A stretch of DNA of 64,000 bases. Origin: Candidatus Zixiibacteriota bacterium. Its GTDB lineage: Bacteria; RBG-13-66-14; B26-G2; WVWN01. Numbering within the stretch: position 1 is the first letter of the stretch; the number at the start of each line of letters is the position of its first letter. The DNA lies in the NCBI GenBank assembly GCA_050117845.1, contig JASFLY010000001.1, forward strand, positions 96,001 through 160,000, read 5' to 3'. Made by a program: the position numbers and the translations under genes. The notes under the pieces were generated by a model. The model did no database searches, was not told where the DNA came from, and saw nothing but the letters and a program-made list of their open reading frames with translations. This document shows positions 58,435-64,000 of this stretch, in pieces.

Positions 58435-59187
58435 ATGGAAAAGTGGGTTTTATACTCGCAAATACTCGGGCCATTCGTCGCGCTACTTGCCGTATTAGTG
58501 GCGGCCTATTATGCATGGCAAGCTAGGAAACAAGCGAAGGAAGCGCGAAAACAAGCCGTAGCGACGAAAGACCTAGTATTACAAGGAGAGCGGAGTTTCG
58601 CCCCCAACGCTGTAGGGCGCATTTACGCCCCCGAAGTACAAAGACCGTTCATCGCGGGTAAATTTATACGTGCCGACATTTTGTTTTCATGGCGCAACGA
58701 TGTGGCAGACATCAGGATATTACTAGAAAACCTTTCAAACGGTATTTCGGAATTCGAGTTAACCATATTTCCTTGGCTCGAATTCGACGACGGTACGAAA
58801 GTAGGTTTCGAAAAAAACGTAACGGAACCCCTTTATAGAGGGATAGGAGTACATTACCTTCTCGTGGGCGAAACAATCGACGCTCACTTCCACATTAATT
58901 TTAAACAGATAACGATTACCCGGCCGCAAAAAAACGAAACGACAGAAGAAGATGTCGAAGCGGAAGAAAAAACCGCAATCGAAAACGAATTCTTAAAAAA
59001 TATATGCCTCGGCGGTTGTAGGTTACACATCGAAGTATTTATAGATTATACAAATGAAAAAGAGTTTAAAGTCGATAGGTTCTTCGAACACTACTATTCG
59101 GGCGATCACATTAGATACGGTGGCGGAGACGAAGCGTACGGAGAATGGATATACGGCGGTAGAAGTAAAACGCCGAAACACCCGTAA
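58435..59187 (+). CDS. AT-rich hypothetical protein with N-terminal TM
   Basis: 250-aa ORF, GAGGAGG RBS, lower GC than flanks. Confidence 0.7.
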   Translation: MEKWVLYSQILGPFVALLAVLVAAYYAWQARKQAKEARKQAVATKDLVLQGERSFAPNAVGRIYAPEVQRPFIAGKFIRADILFSWRNDVADIRILLENLSNGISEFELTIFPWLEFDDGTKVGFEKNVTEPLYRGIGVHYLLVGETIDAHFHINFKQITITRPQKNETTEEDVEAEEKTAIENEFLKNICLGGCRLHIEVFIDYTNEKEFKVDRFFEHYYSGDHIRYGGGDEAYGEWIYGGRSKTPKHP

Positions 59188-59203
59188 TAAACTTGGTTCT
59201 AAA

Positions 59204-60172
59204 TTGAATAAAACCACGGCTCGAGTTAAAGAAAAGCTTTTAGAACGCTTCCTGGCCGGCGACCGCGTGGCCCTGGCCCGGGCCATCTCCGCGGTGGAGG
59301 ACGAGGCCGACGGGTACCGGGACTTCCTGCGCGAGGTCTACTCCCGGGCGGGCGGCGCGTACCTTCTGGGCATGACGGGCCCCCCCGGGGCCGGGAAGTC
59401 CACGCTGGTCTCCCGCCTCGCGGCCCTTTACGCCGACCGGGGCCGGAGCGTGGGCGTCGTCGCCGTGGACCCCACGAGCCCCTTCACGGGCGGGGCCCTC
59501 TTGGGCGACCGCATCCGGATGCACGAACTCTCGGGCAACGAGCGCGTCTTCATCCGGAGCATGGCGACCCGCGGCAGCCTGGGCGGCCTGGCCAAGGCCA
59601 CCGGCGAGGTGGCGCTGACCATGGACGCCTTCGGCCTCGACCTCGTCATCATCGAGACCGTGGGCGTGGGCCAGAGCGAACTCGACGTCGCCAGCTCGGC
59701 CGACACCACCGTCGTGGTGGTCGTCCCCGAATCGGGCGACTCGGTGCAGGCCATGAAGGCCGGCCTTATGGAAATCGCCGACGTCCTGGTGGTCAACAAG
59801 GCCGACCGGGACGGCGCCGACCACATGGCCCGCGAACTCGCCGTCACGGTCGAACTCAAGCCGGAGGACGGGTGGCGGCCGCCTATTTTGATGTCGGTGG
59901 CGACGGAGGGCCGGGGGGTGGAGGACGTCGCCGCGGCGGTGGCCGAACACCGGGCGCACATGGAGGAGTCGGGCGGGTTCGAGGCCCGGCGCCGGGGGCG
60001 GGTTCGCCGCCAGCTCGAGGAACTTCTGGACTACGAATTCAAACGTTCGTGCCGGGCCGTGCCCAACTACGAGGAATTGATGGAAGGGCTTGTCGCCGAC
60101 GTGCAGGAAGGCCGCCTGACGCCCTACGAAGCCTCGGCCGAACTTTATCGCAAGGTATCAAAGAACCCCTAG
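59204..60172 (+). CDS. meaB: Acyl-CoA mutase-associated GTPase MeaB
   Basis: GMTGPPGAGKST, AVDPTSP.TGGA.LGDRIRM, ETVGVGQSE, NKAD; likely TTG start at 59204. Confidence 0.94.
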   Translation: MNKTTARVKEKLLERFLAGDRVALARAISAVEDEADGYRDFLREVYSRAGGAYLLGMTGPPGAGKSTLVSRLAALYADRGRSVGVVAVDPTSPFTGGALLGDRIRMHELSGNERVFIRSMATRGSLGGLAKATGEVALTMDAFGLDLVIIETVGVGQSELDVASSADTTVVVVVPESGDSVQAMKAGLMEIADVLVVNKADRDGADHMARELAVTVELKPEDGWRPPILMSVATEGRGVEDVAAAVAEHRAHMEESGGFEARRRGRVRRQLEELLDYEFKRSCRAVPNYEELMEGLVADVQEGRLTPYEASAELYRKVSKNP

Positions 60173-60190
60173 CCGCGAGGAGGAGCAAAG

Positions 60191-61342
60191 ATGACCTGGA
60201 ACTGGGACCCCTCCCAAGAAGAAATCCGCGAAATGGCCCGGGCCTTCACCGCGAAGCACGTCGACCCGGTCAGCCAGCAGCTCGACCGCCGGCCTCCGGA
60301 GTTCCCGGAGGACGTATACCAGGCGATGGCGAAGGAAGGGTTTATGGGTTACCCTTCCGCCCCGGCGTACGGCGGCCAGGGGAAGAACAAACTGCTCTAC
60401 GCCACGCTTATCGAGGAAATATCCTACGCCGACCCGGCCATAGGCATCGTGATGGCGGTACAGGTCCTGGCCTCGTATCCCATCGAGAAGTTCGGCACCG
60501 AGGAACAGAAAAAGAAGTACCTCACGCGGATGAACGCCGGCGAGCTGCACGGCGCCTTCGCCCTCACCGAACCGAACGCCGGCTCCGACGCCGCCGCCCA
60601 GGAGGCCACCGCCACGCTCGACGGCGACCACTACATCCTCAACGGCGAGAAGATATTCATCACCTCCGGAAACGTCGCCGACGTGGTGGTAGTAATCTGC
60701 AAGGCCAACACCGCGGAAGCCCCGGACAAATTCAAGGTCTCCGCGCTCATCTTCGACAACCCCGACGACCCCGGCTACTCCACCGAAATCCTGAAATACA
60801 AAATGGGCATCCGGGCCTCGACGACCGCCCGCCTCTACTTCAAGGACGTCAAGGTCCCGAAGGAGAATCTGCTGGGCGACCACGGCAAGGGCTTCCGCAT
60901 CGCGCTGAATACGCTGGACGGCGCCCGCGTGGGCGTGGCGGCGCAGTCGCTCGGGATTTGCCAGAAGGCCTTCGACCTCGCCCAGGCTTACGCCAAGGAG
61001 CGCGAGCAGTTCGGCTCGCCCATCGCCAAGCTCCAGGCCATCCAGTGGATGATCGCCGACATGTCGTGCCGGCTCGAGGCCGCGCGGCTCTTAACCTACA
61101 AGGCCGCCGTCATAGAGGCCTCGGGCGAACCGGTGGGCCTCCAGGCCGCGCAGGCCAAACTCTACGCCTCCGAGGCGGCGAACTTCTGCGTCGATAAGTG
61201 CATGCAGATCCACGCCGGTTACGGCTACATCGGCGACTTTTCCCGGGTGGAACAGCTCTACCGGGACCAGCGCATCACCGAGATTTACGAGGGCACGTCG
61301 GAGGTCCAGCGGCTCGTCATCGCGGGGCACCTCCTGCGCTAA
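60191..61342 (+). CDS. Acyl-CoA dehydrogenase
   Basis: FALTEPNAGSD, LNGEK.FIT, KMGIRAS, REQFG, EIYEGTSEVQR. Confidence 0.95.
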   Translation: MTWNWDPSQEEIREMARAFTAKHVDPVSQQLDRRPPEFPEDVYQAMAKEGFMGYPSAPAYGGQGKNKLLYATLIEEISYADPAIGIVMAVQVLASYPIEKFGTEEQKKKYLTRMNAGELHGAFALTEPNAGSDAAAQEATATLDGDHYILNGEKIFITSGNVADVVVVICKANTAEAPDKFKVSALIFDNPDDPGYSTEILKYKMGIRASTTARLYFKDVKVPKENLLGDHGKGFRIALNTLDGARVGVAAQSLGICQKAFDLAQAYAKEREQFGSPIAKLQAIQWMIADMSCRLEAARLLTYKAAVIEASGEPVGLQAAQAKLYASEAANFCVDKCMQIHAGYGYIGDFSRVEQLYRDQRITEIYEGTSEVQRLVIAGHLLR

Positions 61343-61372
61343 TCGTCCTTTCCCGAAGCGGGGTCGTTTATT

Positions 61373-63040
61373 ATGTTCGACGAAAAAGAACTCGAGAAGA
61401 TTGCGAAGGCCCGGGCGGAGTGGGACGAGAAAGCCGGGTCATGCCGCCAGCGCGACGACCTCTTCGAGACCGTTAGCGGCCGGCCCGTCGGCCCGCTCTA
61501 CACCGCGGCGGACGTGGCCGGCCTCGACGTCGAAAACGAGGTCGGCTTCCCCGGGGAGTACCCGTTCACCCGCGGCGTCCAGACCAACATGTACCGCGGC
61601 CGCCTGTGGACCATGCGCCAGTTCTCCGGCTTCGGCTCCGCCGAGGACACCAACGCCCGCTACAAGTACCTGTTGAGCCACGGCCAGACGGGCCTCTCCG
61701 TCGCCTTCGACCTCCCCACCATCATGGGCCGCGACTCCGACCACCCCTATTCCAAGGGCGAGGTCGGCAAGTGCGGCGTCGCCATCTCGTCGCTGGCCGA
61801 CATGGAGGTCCTCTTCAACGGCATCCCGCTCGATCAGGTCTCCACGTCGATGACGATAAACGCGCCGGCGGCGCTGCTCCTCGCGTACTACGTCGCCGTC
61901 GGCGAGAAGCAGGGCGTGGACTCCAAGGTCCTGCGGGGCACCATCCAGAACGACATCCTCAAGGAATACATCGCCCAGAAGACGTGGATATACCCGCCCG
62001 CGCCGTCGATGCGGATAATCACCGACATCATGGCCTACTGCGCCGACCACGTCCCCAAGTGGAACACCATCTCCATCTCGGGTTACCACATCCGGGAGGC
62101 CGGCTCGACCGCGGGGCAGGAACTCGCGTTCACGCTGGCGGACGGCTTCGCCTACGTCGAGGCCGGCATCGCCGCGGGGATGGACGTGGATACCTTCGCG
62201 CCGCGCCTCTCCCACTTCTTCAACGCGCACCTGGACTTCTTCGAGGAGATCGCCAAGTACCGGGCGGCCCGGCGCATCTGGGCCAAGCGGATGAAGAACA
62301 AGTATAAGGCCCGCGACCCGCGCTCGTGGCTCATGCGTTTCCACACGCAGACGGCGGGATGCAGCCTCACGGCCCAACAGCCCGAGAACAACATCGTCCG
62401 GACGGCCATCGAGGGGTTGGCGGGCGTCATGGGCGGAACGCAGTCGCTCCACACCAACTCCATGGATGAGACGCTGGCGCTGCCCTCCGAGAAGGCGGTC
62501 CTCATCGCCCTCCGCACGCAGCAGATTATCGCGTACGAGTCGGGCGTCGCCAACACCATAGACCCGCTGGCGGGGTCCTATTACGTCGAGCACCTGACGG
62601 ACGAGCTCGAGCGCGAGGCCGAGGAATACTTCGACAAGATAGAGGCACTGGGGGGAGTACTCGCGGCCATCGACAAGGGCTTCTTCCAGAAGGAAATCGC
62701 CGACGCGGCCTACGCCTACCAGAAGAAGATAGAGGACGGCACGCGCATCGTCGTCGGCGTCAACGAGTTCGAGCTCGAGAACGAGAAGATAGAGATTGAC
62801 GTGCTGAAGGTAAACCCGGCGGTCGAGAAGCACCAGAAGAAGCGGCTGGCCAAGGTCCGGGCCGAGCGGCCGCAGAAGGACTGCGAAGCGGCGCTCGCCG
62901 GCCTGCGGCAGGCCGCCCGGGACGGCACGAACTTAATGCCCCATTTCCTCGCCTGCGCCCGGTCGTACGCGTCGCTGGGCGAAACGCTGGACGTTCTGCG
63001 CGAGGAGTTCGGCGAGTACAGAGAACCGCCGATGTTCTAG
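61373..63040 (+). CDS. icmA: B12-dependent acyl-CoA mutase, substrate-binding subunit (isobutyryl-CoA mutase-like)
   Basis: [46 protein letters not shown]. Confidence 0.85.
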   Translation: MFDEKELEKIAKARAEWDEKAGSCRQRDDLFETVSGRPVGPLYTAADVAGLDVENEVGFPGEYPFTRGVQTNMYRGRLWTMRQFSGFGSAEDTNARYKYLLSHGQTGLSVAFDLPTIMGRDSDHPYSKGEVGKCGVAISSLADMEVLFNGIPLDQVSTSMTINAPAALLLAYYVAVGEKQGVDSKVLRGTIQNDILKEYIAQKTWIYPPAPSMRIITDIMAYCADHVPKWNTISISGYHIREAGSTAGQELAFTLADGFAYVEAGIAAGMDVDTFAPRLSHFFNAHLDFFEEIAKYRAARRIWAKRMKNKYKARDPRSWLMRFHTQTAGCSLTAQQPENNIVRTAIEGLAGVMGGTQSLHTNSMDETLALPSEKAVLIALRTQQIIAYESGVANTIDPLAGSYYVEHLTDELEREAEEYFDKIEALGGVLAAIDKGFFQKEIADAAYAYQKKIEDGTRIVVGVNEFELENEKIEIDVLKVNPAVEKHQKKRLAKVRAERPQKDCEAALAGLRQAARDGTNLMPHFLACARSYASLGETLDVLREEFGEYREPPMF

Positions 63041-63073
63041 CGGCCCGGCCGCTACGAACCTGCGAGGTGGCAT

Positions 63074-63478
63074 ATGGCTGAAAGAAGGATTAGAGTTTTA
63101 GTCGCGAAGCCGGGCCTGGACGGCCACGACCGCGGCGCCAAGGTCGTCGCCCGGGCGCTCCGCGACGCCGGCATGGAGGTCATCTACACCGGCCTACACC
63201 AGACGCCGGAGGCCATCGTGGAGGCGGCCCTGCAGGAGGACGTGGACGTAATCGGCCTGTCCATCCTCTCGGGCGCCCACATGACGATGTTCCCCCGGGT
63301 CCTGGAGCTTCTGCGCGAGAAGGGCGCCGAGCACATCATCGTCACCGGCGGCGGCATCCTCCCCGACGACGACATTACCGAACTCAAGAAACGAGGCGTC
63401 GGCCGCCTCTTCACGCCGGGCGCGCCGACCGACGAGATAGTCGAATACCTCCGGGAAGCGGTGGCCTCGGACAACTGA
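63074..63478 (+). CDS. icmB: Acyl-CoA mutase cobalamin-binding subunit
   Basis: [11 protein letters not shown] (DxHxxG), S.LSGAH, GGI. Confidence 0.88.
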   Translation: MAERRIRVLVAKPGLDGHDRGAKVVARALRDAGMEVIYTGLHQTPEAIVEAALQEDVDVIGLSILSGAHMTMFPRVLELLREKGAEHIIVTGGGILPDDDITELKKRGVGRLFTPGAPTDEIVEYLREAVASDN

Positions 63479-63502
63479 GTAGCCGCCGGGCGAAAGGGGC
63501 CT

Positions 63503-64000
63503 ATGGCCAACGACGAACTCTACGAACGCTTGGTTAAAATACGGGCCCGGACGCGGGAGGGCGGCGGGCCGGAGCGCATCCAGAAGCAGCACGACGCCGG
63601 CAAACTCACCGCCCGGGAACGGCTCGACATCCTCCTCGACGAGGGGACCTTTCGCGAACTCGACGCCACGGTCGTGCACCGCTGCCACGACTTCGGCATG
63701 GAGGAGAAGCGCGTCCCCGGCGACGCGGTCGTAACGGGCTACGGCCAGGTCAACGGCCGCCTCACCTTCGTCTTCGCCCAGGACTTCACGTCCTTCGGCG
63801 GGACCCTCTCCAAGACCCACGGCGAGAAGATCTGCAAGATATGCGACCACGCCCTGCGCGTGGGCGCTCCCATCGTGGGCCTCAACGATTCCGGCGGCGC
63901 GCGCATCCAGGACGGCGTCGACTCGCTGGCCGGCTACTCCGACTTCTTCCTGCGAAACGCCTTGGCCTCGGGCGTCGTCCCGCAGATAGCGGCGGTGATG
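63503..64000 (+). CDS. Acyl-CoA carboxylase carboxyltransferase beta subunit (PccB-like; 3' truncated)
   Basis: MANDELY...[18 protein letters not shown]...PGDAVVTG...QDFT..GG.L...NDSGGARIQ; absent from ORF track. Confidence 0.93.
   Translation, partial: MANDELYERLVKIRARTREGGGPERIQKQHDAGKLTARERLDILLDEGTFRELDATVVHRCHDFGMEEKRVPGDAVVTGYGQVNGRLTFVFAQDFTSFGGTLSKTHGEKICKICDHALRVGAPIVGLNDSGGARIQDGVDSLAGYSDFFLRNALASGVVPQIAAVM

Overview
GC-rich bacterial chromosomal window. TonB-dependent receptors, a PorV-like barrel and many lipoproteins point to a diderm, probably FCB-group or related candidate-phylum organism (inference; taxon cannot be fixed here). (1) End of rpsO, then a ~16.3-kb leftward array of envelope genes: SH3b secreted proteins, two NHL beta-propellers, two TolB-like propellers, a TonB C-terminal protein, a TPR protein and three zinc-ribbon membrane proteins, one with a TPR plus AgmX/TonB-like C-terminus. 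(2) ligA operon containing a LivG-type ATPase with a two-helix hydrophobic insert, a lipoprotein nitroreductase, three paralogous 2-TM PH-like proteins and LivF, with no LivHMK in the window. (3) MarR plus two paralogous TonB-dependent receptors bracketed by mosaic clusters of REP-like palindromes. (4) rny-ymdB-dnaG-rpoD region interleaved with three paralogous TPR genes, an inverted GT9/methyltransferase pair and a probable 6S RNA. (5) ftsH-folP-cdaA-cdaR-phoH-pgpH-ybeY-dgkA-corC-yjbH-like-accA-thioesterase-porV-like run. (6) cobO-meaB-acyl-CoA dehydrogenase-isobutyryl-CoA-mutase-like-carboxyltransferase cluster. No CRISPR array, tRNA, rRNA, transposase, integrase or reverse transcriptase was seen. 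All family calls come from motif recognition by eye, not database searches.
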